From positions 9,610,001-9,674,000 of the forward strand of contig JBHGNT010000011.1 in the NCBI GenBank assembly GCA_043228905.1: a stretch of 64,000 nt of DNA, written 5' to 3'. The notes under the pieces are model-generated. The model did not search any database. It saw only the letters and a list, made by a program, of their open reading frames with translations, and was not told the origin of the DNA. Shown piece after piece: positions 33,614 through 46,723 of this stretch (its first letter is position 1; each line of letters starts with the position of its first letter). Both the position numbers and the translations under genes were made by a program. The DNA is from Azolla caroliniana (lineage: Eukaryota; Plantae; Polypodiophyta).

Positions 33614-36600
33614 TGTTGGGAGACAGGTCCCTCCGGATGGGAAGAGAGAAGAACAGTGCCGAAGAACCGGATGAGGAGTACCTGGCTACGGAGAGCCGGA
33701 TGGTGCAGACCCGGTGAGATCCGAATGAGGAGTACCCGGCTACGGAGAGCCGGATGGTGCAGACCCGGTGAGAACCGGATGAGAAGTACCCGGCTACGGA
33801 GAGCCGGATGGTGCTGACCCGGTGAGGAATGCTCACCGGACGAAGAGACATATTCGTAAATATGTTTCTAAGAGCCCATCGAGTCTATATTTGTAAATAG
33901 CCGAAAAGTCATATTAGTATAAATATGACTTAGGGCAAACTTATAACTGTTGTTGTTGTTATTCTTGTGTGTGCAAGAATAGAGAGAGCGCGTAACAGTG
34001 TGTACAGAGAGAGAGAGAGCAAGAGGTCGTTGCCTTTGTTGTAACCGCCGCCTGTGGCGAGGATCGTGAGCACGAGGTCGTTGCCTCCGTGAACTCATTG
34101 TTGTACATTCTAGCATAGTGATAGTTTGCAGCCTGTGGGCTGCCGTGGTTTTGACCTCCTTAGGTTTTCCACGTAAACATCCCGTGTACTCTTCTCCTCT
34201 TTGTGTCGTGCTTTCATTTCCCATTTTCTGTGTATGAATCTAAGCTTGGTTGTGGCCGAGCGTTGCGTATAGGGGAGCGTAGAGTTCCCGTCAAGTGGTA
34301 TCAGAGCGAACGACACAGAAAATGGACGATTCGTTTGGTGGCATGTTCAAGCTCACCGGCTCCAACTATTCAGTGTGGAAGTCGAAGATGAGGGACATGC
34401 TCGTGGTTAAAGACCTCTGGCTGCCGGTTCAGTTCGGGGACAAGAGGTCGGACAAAATCGACGCCGCGATATGGGAGGTGATGCACATGAAGACAACGGC
34501 GTACATACGGTGCTTCATCGACATGAGCCTGTACAACAACTTCAATGAGGAGAGCAAGGCTCATGAGCTCTGGGAGAAGATCGGCATAATGTTTCAGAAC
34601 AAAAATGCTGTCAATCAGGTTTCGGTATTCCGGAAGCTAGTAAGACTCTGATACCAAGATGGCTCCAGCATGGCGGAGCACATGAATGCCTTCTAGGGGC
34701 TGATACACCAGGCAACATCATTGGAAGTACCTCTCGCCGACGAGGTATTAGTGCTACTCCTGCTCGGTTCCCTCCCGGATAGCTGGGAGACGTTGGTTGT
34801 CACTTTGGGCAACGCCGGGCCGGAAGGAAAGCGGTTATCCCTAGCAAGAGTAAAATCGAGCTTGCTAGATGAGGAGGCGCGTCGGAAAGACAAAGATACG
34901 AGCTCCGACTCCAAAGCGCTCCTTACCGAATCGGAACGCGGAAGACAGAGAAACCATAGTCCCCAGAACCGGGAGAAGTCGGGGACACGGTCAAAGTCAA
35001 GGGGGAGGCCTACTTGCTTCTATTGCGGCAAGCCGGGACACTTCCAAAAGAACTATCGGCATTTCCGTAAAGACAAGGAAACCGATGGTACCGATTCGAA
35101 GCGGACACCGGACCGGAACGGCAAAGATCGTAGGGGACCGGACCGGAAGGGAATGACGGAAATCGCGGCAAGTGAAGAGGAGTTGATGCTCATCACCGAG
35201 GAGAGTGAGATAAACCTTGCTGGCGACGAGATGACCTGGGTGGTAGACTTCGGAGCGTCGTTCCACCTTACCCCGGACCGGAAATGCTTCTCATCCTACT
35301 CAGCCGGCGATCACGGCTGTGTCCGGATGGGGAATGAAGGTACATGCCGAATTGTCGGCATAGGAGATGTGTGGTTGACAACACCAACCGGATGCAAGTT
35401 GCTGCTGAAGGATGTCCGACACGTTCCAGAGGTTCGTCTGAACCTGATATCAGCCGGTCGGCTAGATGATGAAGGCTACACTGGTAGCATCCGGAATGGT
35501 GTCATGAAGTTCAACAAAGGGAGCCTGATTGTGGCTCGGGCCCGGAAGGTCAACACACTGTACCTGATGAATGCCCGGTTATGTCCGGAAGAAGTGAACG
35601 TGGCATCCGACACTGCCGGTGAGCTGTGGCACAAGAGACTGTGTCATATGAGCGAGAAGGGGATGAAGAGGCTTGTAGGCGACAACCTCATTCCAGTGAA
35701 GAACGTGCACTTGGAGAAGTGCACTGATTGTCTGGCCGGTAAACAAAACTGGACCTCCTTCCGACCAAGGCCACCGATAAGACGTAATGCACCACTGGAG
35801 TTGGTGTATACGGATGTGTGTCAAGTAGACACGAAGTCACATGCCGGAGCGCAATACTTCGTGACGTTCATAGATGACCACAGCCGGAAGCTGTGGGCCA
35901 CACCGTTGAAGACGAAGGATCAGGTGCTATCCGTCTTCAAAGAGCTCCACGCGAGAGTGGAAAGAGAAACCGGCCGGAAATTGAAGGCGGTTCGAGCAGA
36001 TAACGGAGGAGAATACCGGGGGTAGTTCGAGGAGTACTACCGCTCGAAGGGAATCCGGCTCGAATTTACCGTGCCGAAGACGCCGAAACTAAACGGACTG
36101 GCCGAGAGGATGAACCGGACCATAATGGAGAGGGTCCGGAGTATGCTAGCGCATGCAAGACTACCCAAGAAGTTTTGGGCTGAGGCACTGTCGACAGCGA
36201 CATACGTGATAAACATATCACCCTCAGTACCCTTGGACGGAGACACGCCACAGAGAGTCTGGACCGGTAAGGAAGTGTCCTACCGGCATCTGAAGGTATT
36301 CGGGTGTCTCGCGTACGTGCATGTAGCCAAGGACCGGAGAGGAAAGTTAGATCCAAAGACCCGGCCATGCATATTCCTTGGTTACGGTGACGATGAGTTC
36401 GGTTACCGAGTGTGGGACCTGGTCGACAAGAAGGTATTCCGGAGTCGAGATATTATCTTCATGGAGGACAAGACACTCGCCGACTGGGAGTCGGAGAAGA
36501 AGATAATGAACTCCGAGTCGACCGGTAAGGATAGACTCTACGATGAGCAGACCCAACCGGCAGGAGACCGGTTAGCACTCGAGGGACCAGCCGGTTACGG

Positions 36601-39038
36601 TGAGGATACCGAACAAGCTGAAGAAGAAGTAGTGGAAGCTGAAACCAGAACCGGCCAAGACCCCGAATCGGATTCGGATGAAGAGCAAGTGGAGGAGCCG
36701 GTTACCGAAGCCCGAAGATGGAGATATCCTCTCAGAGAGAGAAGGCCCCCCCGGAGATTTCCGGATGCAGAGCATGTTCTGCTGACCGATGAGGGGGAGC
36801 CGGAAAGCTTCGAAGAAGCGAAGGATGACACCCACAGCCGCAAATGGTTAAGTGCCATGCAGGATGAGATGGATTCCTTGCATGAGAACCATACGTACAA
36901 ATTGGTGGAGTTGCCGAAAGGAAAGCGGGCACTCCGAAACAAGTGGGTGTACAAGTTGAAACCGGGAGATGCCGACAACCCCCCAAGATACAAAGCCAGG
37001 ATCGTAGTGAAGGGGTTCCAGCAGAAAAAGGGCGTGGACTTTGACGAGATATTTGCCCCGGTTGTAAAGATGACCTCCATCTGGACGGTGCCGAGTATAG
37101 CGGCAAGCATGGACCTCGAGGTAGAACAGCTAGACGTGAAGACGACATTCCTTCACGGCGACCTCGAAGAGGAGATCTACATGCAGCAACCAGAAGGATT
37201 CGTGGAGAAAGGGAAGGAGCACCTGGTATGCCGGTTGAAGAAGAGCCTGTATGGACTGAAGCAGGCTCCCTGAGAATGGTACCGGAAGTTTGACTCCTTC
37301 ATGACCGATCAAGGGTACCACAAGATGCAGGCCGATCACTGCGTGTTTGTGAAGAAGTTCGAAGGAGGCGACTTCTTGATACTCCTTCTGTACGTGGATG
37401 ACATGTTGATCGTCGGACGGGACCAAGTCAAAATACGGATGCTGAAGAAGGCTCTCAACCGGACCTTCTCAATGAAAGACTTGGGTCCGGCAAGACAATC
37501 CGTAACCGGTCAGCGAAGCAATTATGGCTGTCACAGGAGAAGTACGTGACAAAGGTGCTTCATCGGTTCAAAATGTCAGATGCAAAACCGGTCGGATCGA
37601 CACTTCCGGCAAACTGCAAGCTATCTGGCAAGCAAAGCCCGAAGACGAAAGGAGAGAAGGCGGATATGATGAAGATTCCATATGCCTCTGCCGTCGGGAG
37701 CTTGATGTACGCAATGGTGTGTACCCGACCGGATATAGGATATGCAGTCGGAGTGGTGAGCCGGTTCATGAGCAATCCCGGCAAGGAGCACTGGAACGCG
37801 GTCAAATGGATACTCCGGTATTTGAAGGGCACTTCAAATATGTGTCTCCGATTCAGCTCCGGAAAACCTCAACTAGACGGTTTCACCGATTCGGACATGT
37901 CGACTGATGTGGATACCAGCCGGTCTACATCCGGGTATGTAATGACATATGCAGGGGGAGCTGTTTCGTGGCAGTCGAGGCTACAAAAGACGGTTGCGTT
38001 GTCAACCACAGAGGCGGAGTACATGGCGGCTGTGGAAGCCGGCAAGGAAATCTTATGGATGAAGGACTTCATCGGAGAGCTCGGTATCCGGCAAGATGAA
38101 TACCGGCTCTATTGCGACAGTCAAAGTGCCGTCCACCTTGCTAAGAATGCGGCCTACCATTCCCAGACGAAGCATATCCAGCGAAGATATCACTGGATCC
38201 GGGAAAGAGTAGATGACCAGGAGTTCGCATTGACGAAGATCCACACGGCCGAGAACGGGTCAGATATGTTGACCAAAGTGTTGAAACCCGACAAGCTGGA
38301 TGCATGCCGGAAGAGGATCAGTCTTGTAAGACACCCCATGCCGGAGTGAAGGGGGAGTTTGTTGGGAGACAGGTCCCTCCGGATGGGAAGAGAGAAGAAC
38401 AGTGCCGAAGAACCGGATGAGGAGTACCCGGCTATGGAGAGCCGGATGGTGCAGACCCGGTGAGATCCAGATGAGGAGTACCCGGCTACGGAGAACCGGA
38501 TGGTGCAGACCCGGTGAGAACTGGATGAGAAGTACCCGGCTACGGAGAGCTGGATGGTGCTGACCCGGTGAGGAATGCTCACCGGACGAAGAGACATATT
38601 CGTAAATATGTTTCTAAGAGCCCATCGAGGCTATATTTGTAAATAGCCGAAAAGTCATATTAGTATAAATATGACTTAGAGCAAACTTATAACTGTTGTT
38701 GTTATTCTTGTGTGTGCAAGAATAGAGAGAGCGCGTAATAGTGTGTACAGAGAGAGAGAGAGAGCAAGAGGTCGTTGCCTCTGTTGTAACCGCCGCTTGT
38801 GGCGAGGATCGTGAGCACGAGGTCGTTGCCTCTGTGAACTCACTGTTGTACATTCTAGCATAGTGATAGTTTGCAGCCTGTGGGCTGCCGTGGTTTTTCC
38901 CTCCTTGGGTTTTCCACGTAAACATCCCGTGTACTCTTCTCCTCTTTGTGTCGTGCTTTCATTTCCCGTTTTCTGTGTATGAATCTAAGCTTGGTTGTGG
39001 CCGAGCGTTGCGTATAGGGGAGCGTAGAGTTCCCGTCA
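33614..39038 (+). mobile_element. Full-length Ty1/copia element B (same family as A): LTRs 33614-34293 and 38360-39038
   Basis: TSD AATAT; PBS TGGTATCAGAGC at 34296; PPT GAAGGGGGAG; LTRs differ at about 20 positions by eye. Confidence 0.96.
34322..38349 (+). pseudogene. gag-pol of copia B (Gag, CCHC knuckle, protease, integrase, RT, RNase H) with 4 premature stops and a frameshift near 37497
   Basis: CFYCGKPGH, WVVDFGASFH, LWHKRLCH, FIDDHSR, NGLAERMNRT, LDVKTTFLHG, LLYVDD, STTEAEY. Confidence 0.92.
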
Positions 39039-42000
39039 AATATCTCGTCGAAGTCCACTCCCTTCTTCTGTTGGAACCCCTTCACCACGATCCTGGCTTT
39101 GTACCTTGGGGGGTTGCCGGCATCTCCCGGTTTCAACTTGTACACCCACTTATTCCGGAGTGCCCACTTTCCTTTCAACAACTCCACCAATTCATACATG
39201 TGGTTCTCATGCAAGGAATCCATCTCGTCTTGCATGGCACTCAACCACTTATGGCTGTGGGTGTCCTCTGCTTCTTCGAAGCTTTCCGGCTCCCCCTCAT
39301 CGGTCAGCAACACGCACTCTGCATCCGGAAATCTCTGGGGGGGCCTTCTCTCTCTGAGAGGATATGTGCGTTTTTGGTTTCCGGCAACTGGCTCCTTTGT
39401 TTGTTCTTCATCCGAATTCGATTCGGGATCTTGGCCGGTTCCGGTTCCTGCTTCCTCTTCTTCTTCTGCCAGTTCGGTGTCCTCTTCGTAACCAGCTAAT
39501 TCTTTGAGTGTCAACTGGCTCTTAGCCGGTTATGTCTGTATCTCATCGAATCGGTCCTTTCCGGTCGACTCGGAGTTCATTATCTTTTTCTTCGACTCCT
39601 AGTCAACAAGAGTCTTGTCCTCCATGAAGATAATATCTCGACTCTGGAAAACCTTCTTGTCGACCGGATCCCACACTCAGTAGCCGAACTCATCATCGCC
39701 GTATCCGAGGAATATGGAAGTCCGGGACTTTGGGTCCAACTTTGCTCTCCAGTTCTTTGCCACATGCACGTAAGCGAGACAGCCGAAAACCTTCAGATGC
39801 CGGTAAGACACTTCCTTACCGGTGCACACTCTCTGCGGCATGTCTCTGTCCAAGGGCACTGAGGGTGATCTATTTATCACGTACGTCGCAGTCGCCAACG
39901 CCTTAGCCCAAAACTTCTGGGGTAACTTTGCATGTGCTAGCATACTCTGGACCCTCTCCATTATGGTCCGGTTCATCCTCTCAGCCAGCCTGTTTAGTTC
40001 CGGCGTCTTCGGCATGGTAAATTCGAGCTAGATTCCCTTCGAGTGGTAGTACTCCTCGAACTACCCCTGGTGTTCTCCTCCGTTATCTGCTCGAACCACC
40101 TTCAACTTCCGGCCGATTTCTCTTTCCACTCTCGCGTGGATCTCCTTGAAGATGGATAACACATGATCCTTCGTCTTCAACGGTGTGGCCCACAACTTCC
40201 GGTTGTGGTCATCTATGAACGTCACGAAGTATTGCGATCCAGCATGTGACTTCGTGTCCACTTCACACACATTGGTATGCACCAACTCCAGTGGTGCATT
40301 ACATCTCATCGGTGGCCTTGATCGGAAGGAGGTCCGGTTTTTCTTACCGGCCAGGCAGTCGGTGCACTTCTCAAGGTGCACATCTTTCACCGGAATGAGG
40401 TTGTCATCGACAAACCTCTTCATCCCCTTCTCGCTCATGTGACACAGTCTCTTGTGCCACACCTCACCGGCAGTGTCAGATGCAACATTCACTTCTTTCC
40501 GGCATAACCGGGCATTCATTAGGTACAATGTGTTGGCTTTCCAGGCCCGAGCCACTATTAGGATCCCTTTGCAGAACTTCATGACACTGTTCTGGATGCT
40601 ACCTGTGTAGCCTTCATCATCTAGCCGACCGACTGATATCAGGTTCAGTCGAACCTACGGAACGTGTCATACATCCTTCAGCAACAGCTTGCATCCGGTT
40701 GGTGTTGTGTGAACCACATGTCTCCTATGCCGACAATTCGGCATGTACCTTCATTCCCCATGCGGACACAACTGTGCTCACCAGTTGTGTAGGATGAGAA
40801 GCTTTTCTAGTCCGGGGTTAGGTGGAACGGCGCTACGGAATCGACAACCCACACCTGGCATCGATCTTGTCCGGTCTCTTGTCCCTGAACTGAACCGGCA
40901 ACCAAAGATCTTTCACCACGAGCATGTCCCTCATCTTCGACTTCCACACTGAATAGTTGGAGCCGGTGAGCTTGAACATGCCTCCCAACGAATCTTCCAT
41001 TTTCTGTGTCATTTCGCTCTGATACTAGATTGACGCGAAATATGCAGAATATTACCCGGCCACAACCGAGTCTCAGATCGTGTCGTTTAGAATTGAAACA
41101 CTGAGAATGGGAATGGGGGGGGGGGGGTAAATACATGTATATGCACACACACTGTGAACAAGAGAGTACACAAGATGTTAATGTGGAAAACCCTGAGAGG
41201 GAAAAACCACGGGAGCCCACAGACTCCAAACTATCACTATGTCAAAGAATACAATAGGGGGCACAGAGGCAACGAGGTCGTGCTCATACTCCTTGCCTGG
41301 CGGCGGTTACAACAGAGAGTGCTCGTAGCTGCTCTCAGACACACTCTCTCTCTGTCTCTGTACAACAATTACAACAATAACAAAAAGAATGACCAACACC
41401 TAGTTACTGTTTGCCCTAGGTCATATTTATACTAATATGACTTTCGAGCTATTTACAAATATAGCCCCTGTGGGCTCTCTGGAACATATTTACATATATG
41501 TCCCTTCATCCAGTGAGAGATTCTCACCGGGCCTGCAACATCCGGTTCTCACCGGGCCTTCATCATCCGACTCTCTCCGGGCCTTCATTATCCCATCCGG
41601 AGGGACCGAAATCCTAACACTTCTATCATCATCTTTCTTTTATTCTCTCTCTCTCTCTACCTTCTATCATCATCTTTCTTCTATTCTCTCTCTCTCCCTT
41701 CTATCATCATCTTTCTTCTATTCTCTCTCTCCCTCTCTCTACCTTCTATCATCATCTTTCTTCTATTCTCTCTCTCCCTCTCTCGCTCTCTCTACCTTCT
41801 ATCATCATCTTTCTTCTATTCTCTCTCTCTCTCTACCTTCTATCATCATCTTTCTTCTATTCTCTCCCTCTCCCTCTCCCTCTCCCTCTCTCTCTCTCCT
41901 GCTCTCAAGTCACAACATTAGCGAGCTATGTTGAAACATGTGCACGATGCAAATTGTATTCAAAGGTTCAACGTAAGGATGGACTTCTTCCGACGTATCC

Positions 42001-42199
42001 ATTATCAATGCATTACAAGTGGTCGGTAGACATTGTGGTTATGTCGATGGGATTGTGGTAGATGAAATAACTTGTGCTAGCAAGAGAGGACCTCACCAAC
42101 CAAGTACAAGGTTGGGCACTAAGGAATAAAACAACTTCTGTTGTATGAAGTTTCTCCTTGAAGATGTTATTTGCCCATAGGGGAGAATTAGATGTACAT

Positions 42200-42860
42200 T
42201 GTTGGGAAATAGGTCCCTCTGGATGGGATCCGGGTGAGAACCGGACGAGCCGGATCATACAGGACAAAGGAAGGAATTGGATCGGATGGATCCGGATACC
42301 GGATCAGATGGATTCGGAAGGAGTCCGATTGGATCCGATATGAACTAGCAAGTAGGAACATATTTGTAAATATGTTTAGATGTGACCGTTGAGGTCATAT
42401 TTGTAAATAGCCTGTAAGTTATATGAGTATAAATATAACTAGGGAAAATAGTATGTTGTTATCATTATAATTGTACAGAGAGAGAAACAGAGACACATAA
42501 AGTTTTGTCTATTGTAACCGCCGGTAGGCGAAGATAGAGCTCAAGGTTGTTGCTTCTGAGTCTCCCATTGTATCCTCCCTCTCATAGTGATAGTTGGAGT
42601 CTGTGGGCTCCTGTGGTTTTCCCCAATTAGGGTTTTCCACGTTAACATCTAGTGTCATCTCATTTTGTGTAATTGTATTAGTCTTCATTTCTGTTTTGTT
42701 TCTTCCATTGAGTGTTTAAGACTCGGTTGTGGCCGAACACTATTTCGGAAAAACTGGTATCACAGCGAACAACAAATGGAAGAGTCATTTGGAAGCATGT
42801 TCAAGCTCGCCGGCTCCAACAACCTAGTGTGGAAGTCGAAGATGAGGGACATGTTAGTGG
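42200..42860 (+). mobile_element. Copia family A/B 5' LTR (42200-~42751), PBS and start of gag, truncated
   Basis: TGTTGGGAAATAGGTCCC start; PBS TGGTATCACAGC at 42755; MEESFGSMFKL. Confidence 0.85.
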
Positions 42861-43096
42861 CATAGAATGAACCATACACATCATACATGTATTCGCATTC
42901 GAGAAACATTCAATCAAATGTGTATGGTAAATCATCTTGAAATTGGATTGGATTGACAATGGTCTATATTATATATTGATTCACTCTCAATCCCAATAAG
43001 TGGACTCTAAACCATTGTGAACCACAAACATAAGTATGGTTGCAATATTTGCATTGTATCACATGCATACCTTTGGGATGCTTCTTAAGAATCAAG
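42861..43096. mobile_element. One-ended fragment of the CATAGAATG hAT family with a BED-finger remnant
   Basis: Begins CATAGAATGAACC; minus strand reads IQCKYCNHTYVCGSQWFRVHL; homologous to 58350-58588. Confidence 0.7.
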
Positions 43097-45601
43097 TAGT
43101 TGGAGTCTGTGGGCTCCCGTGGTTTTTCCCTATTAGGGTTTTTCACATTAACATTTTGTGTCTGTCTTATTTCTATTTTCTGTTTTCTTCTATTGAGTGA
43201 GTAAGACTCGGTTGTGCTTGAGCACTATTCCGCACAAACTGGTATCAGAGCGAAGGTTCTAAACCTTGAAGAAAATGGAAGAGTCATTCGGAAGCATGTT
43301 CAAGCTCTCTGACTCCAACTACCCAGTGTGGAAGTCGAAGATGAGGGACATGCTCGTGGTCAAAGATCTCTGGCTGCCGATACAGTTCGAGGACAAGAAA
43401 CCAGACAAGATCGAAGTACCTCTAGCCGATGAGGTACTGGTGTTGTTGTTGCTCGGTTCCCTCCCAGATAGTTGGGAGAAGCTACTTGTCACTTTGGGCA
43501 ACGCCGAGTCGGAAGGACAACAATTGTCCCTAGCAAGGGTAAAATCAAGCTTGCTAGATGAAGAAGCTCGCCGGAAGGACCGGGAGTCCAGAACCGATCC
43601 GAAGGCCTTGGTCACGGAAGATGACCATAACCAGGGAAGAGGCCAGAATCAGAGTCCCCTGAACCGGGATAATTCGGGGACGAGGTCGAAGTCATGGGGG
43701 AGGTCCACTTACTTTTATTGCGGAAAGCTAGGGCACTTCCAAAAGAATTGCCGACACTTCCGGAAAACCAAAGGGGGAGCCGATATTCCGGAACCGAAGA
43801 AGATTTCAGAAAGGAGAGGAACGTCGACGATCGCGACAAGTGAAGAAAAACTACTGCTAATCACCGAGGAGAGTAAGCCGCATCTTGTCATCGACGAAAT
43901 GACATGGGTGGTCGACTCCAGTGTGTCGTTCCATCTAACCCCCGACTAGAAATGCTTCTCATCGTACAGAGCCGGAGATCACAGTTCTGTCCGGATGGGA
44001 AATGAAGGTGCATGCTGAATTGTCGGCATAGGAGACGTGTGGTGGACGACATCAACTGGGTGCAAGTTGTTGTTGAATGATGTTCGATACGTTCCCGAGG
44101 TTCGGTTGAACCTCACATCAGCCGGTTGGCGAGAAGATGAAGGCTACATGGGTAGCATCGGAATGGAGTCATGAAGTTTTGCAAAGGAAGCCTGATCGTG
44201 GCCCAAGCCCGAAAGAGCAACACGTTGCACCTGATGCATGCCTGGTTATGCCAGGAAGAAGTGAATGTGGCATCCTCTAATGCCAGTGAGATGTGGCACA
44301 AGAGGTGGTGCCACATGAGCTAGAAAGGAATGCAGAAACTTGTCGAGGAAAACCTCATTCTGAAGGTGAAAGACGTGCAACTTGAGAAGCTGGCCGACAA
44401 GCAAAACCGAACCTCCTTTTGGACAAGACCACCGTCGCGACGGAATGCACTGTTGGAACTTGTGCATACCGATGTATGCCAAGTGGACACGAAGTCACAT
44501 GACGGATTGCAGTACTTCATGACGTTCATAGACGACCAAAGCCGGAAGTTGTGGGTCTCACCACTAAAGATGAAGGACTAGGTATTATCCTTCTTCAAGG
44601 AATTCCACGAGAGTGGAAAGGGAAACCGGCCAGAAGCTGAAGGCACTTTGAGCGGACAACGGAGGTGAATATCGGGGGCAATTTGAGGAGTACTATCGGT
44701 CGAAGGGAATTCGGCTCGAATTCACCGTGCCAAAGACACCACAGCTGAACGGATTGGCCAAACCGATGAACTGCATTGTGATGGAGAGAGTCCGAAGCAT
44801 GCTGGCACATGCTAAGTTGTCCAAGACGTTTTGGGCTGCAACGATGATGACATCAACATATGTGATTAATAGATCACCCTCAACACCCTTGAACGGAGAC
44901 ACACCACAGAGAGTATGGACCCTTAAAGACGTGTCTTACCGACGTCTGAAGGTGTTCGGCTGTCTCACTTACGTGCATGTTGCAAAGGACAAAAGAGCAA
45001 AGTTGGATCCGAAGTCCCAACCATCCATATTTCTTGGATATGACGATGATGAGTTTGGTTGCCGGGTATGGGACTCGGTCGACAAGAAGGTCTTCCGGAG
45101 TTGAGACATAGTCTTCATGGAAGACAAGACCATTGCCGATTGGGAGTCAAAGAAGAAGATCGTGCACTCTCGGTCGACCGACAGAGATCGGTTGGAAGAT
45201 GCTAGGACACATCCGGTCGGAAGCCGGATGTCAGATGAGGACCATGATGAACCGGCCAGATTTGGACAAAGAACCGAACCGACAAAAGAAGAACCAGACA
45301 AGATCCCAAATGGGATTCGGATGAAGAACAAACAGAGGAACCGGTGGACGAAAACCAAGGACGGATATATCTTTTAAGAGAGAGAAGGGTCCCCCGGAGA
45401 TTTGTGTATGCAGAGCATGTGTTGCTGACCAATGAGGGGGAGCAGGAAGGCTTCAACGAAGCGAAGAAAGACACCCACAACCGCAAGTGGTTAAGGGCCA
45501 TGCAGGATGAGATGGATTCCCTGCATGAGAACCACACATATGAATTGACGGTGCTGGCGAAAGAAAAGAGAGCGCTCCGGAACAAGTGCATGTACAAGTT
45601 G
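43097..45601 (+). mobile_element. Copia C (family A/B), 5' portion: partial LTR, PBS at 43240, degenerate gag-protease-integrase to the start of RT
   Basis: ORF fragments 43266-45607 align with the B polyprotein. Confidence 0.88.
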
Positions 45602-46283
45602 TGTTAAAGTTAATATGCGGAAGCGTATGACAAACTAGCTTAGCCGGATACCAACAGAACGTAAAGAGGAAGGTTTAATGGAGACCTTACACAAAGAATA
45701 CACGGGAGAGACAGAGAGAACAGAACATAAACTAAATTCAAAAATAATAATCCTCTGTGAATGTGCTCAGAGAGCACTTTTATACAAGTCCATAAAGGAT
45801 TGACAGAAGTAATGATAGGTACTTCAATGCTCATACGAGCGACTGACACTGACTCCCAAAAATATGCCTACGTACTAGGCTGGATCCGTAGGCCTCTAAC
45901 GGCCTATCGGTTTCAATATGATCCGGCTCTCCGATCCGGCTCCTGGTTCCGGATATCATCCGGACACCGCTTTGGATACCGATCCGGCTCTGCCTTATTC
46001 AGCCGATCCGGATCCGGTTGAGCCTGCTCTCTCAACACTCCCCCTCCAGCTCAACTTGAGGTCGGATCGTGGTGTCAGTTTCTGTGGTAGCCGGTTAAGG
46101 TTGTGCGCTCCTCGAACTCCTCGGTCGGCTTGTCTGCTCAGCAGGCCCATCTCAGCTCCTTCCCTACTATGAGTCCAACGCTTGTTGACCCATTGGTTCC
46201 TATGTATCGGTGTCTAGTTGATCCAGCTCCTCCGAATCAATTTGTTGAACCGAATTAGCCTCCTTTGATTCGTTCCAACTTTT
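45602..46283 (-). mobile_element. Copia family D 3' LTR (45602-46037), PPT and 3' internal region
   Basis: Homologous to 4553-5300. Confidence 0.8.
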
Positions 46284-46288
46284 GTCCA

Positions 46289-46723
46289 TGTTAAGAATTA
46301 CGTAATTAAGCAAGGGTTAATTAGTACCTAATTACGTGATTAAGTTAAGCGCGGAAGATTATGTGATATGTGTGTCCATGTTAAGAATTACGTAATTAAG
46401 CAAGGGTTAATTAGTACCTAATTATGTGATTAAGTTAAGCGCGGTAGATTATGTGATATGTGTGTGTATGTGTGTGAGAGGAAGATACACTTATGAAAAA
46501 CACAAGATGGGGAATGATTAACTCTATGTTAAATTAGCATCAACATCATCAAATACAAAAATACCCACAATGAGGTATATATAGATCTCATGTGCAAGGG
46601 TGCATATGTGTGAGGAGAATATAAGTACAAGGGTGTAAGTCCTATATTAAATGTACTTGGGAGTGGAGGATCTAGAATATCCCACTTAAGTATAAGGTCC
46701 TATTTAATGTGTTATGGTCAACA
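46289..46723. mobile_element. Probable solo LTR of another family, with a 90-bp tandem duplication at its left junction
   Basis: TGTTAAG...GTCAACA; 46283-46372 is duplicated at 46373-46462; no TSD found. Confidence 0.45.

Larger units (their letters stand above)
31104..41619 (-). mobile_element. Ty1/copia element A (degenerate): 5' LTR 41031-41619, 3' LTR 31104-32308; interrupted by element B and a MITE
   Basis: TSD CTTCT on both sides; PBS-like TAGTATCAGAGCG; PPT; RNase H (32319-32726), RT (32873-33592) and integrase (39677-40582) fragments. Confidence 0.92.
29420..41917 (+). mobile_element. LTR (TGTTACG...CACAACA) whose (CT)n tail has expanded into a minisatellite and which hosts nested copia elements
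   Basis: Homologous organisation to 1-242; the minisatellite resumes after the nested insertion; no convincing TSD. Confidence 0.5.

Noticed and set aside
34649-37273. U-to-C RNA editing restoring the copia stop codons, as in fern organelles
   Set aside because: Such editing is known from organelles; methylcytosine deamination explains the pattern more simply in a nuclear TE.
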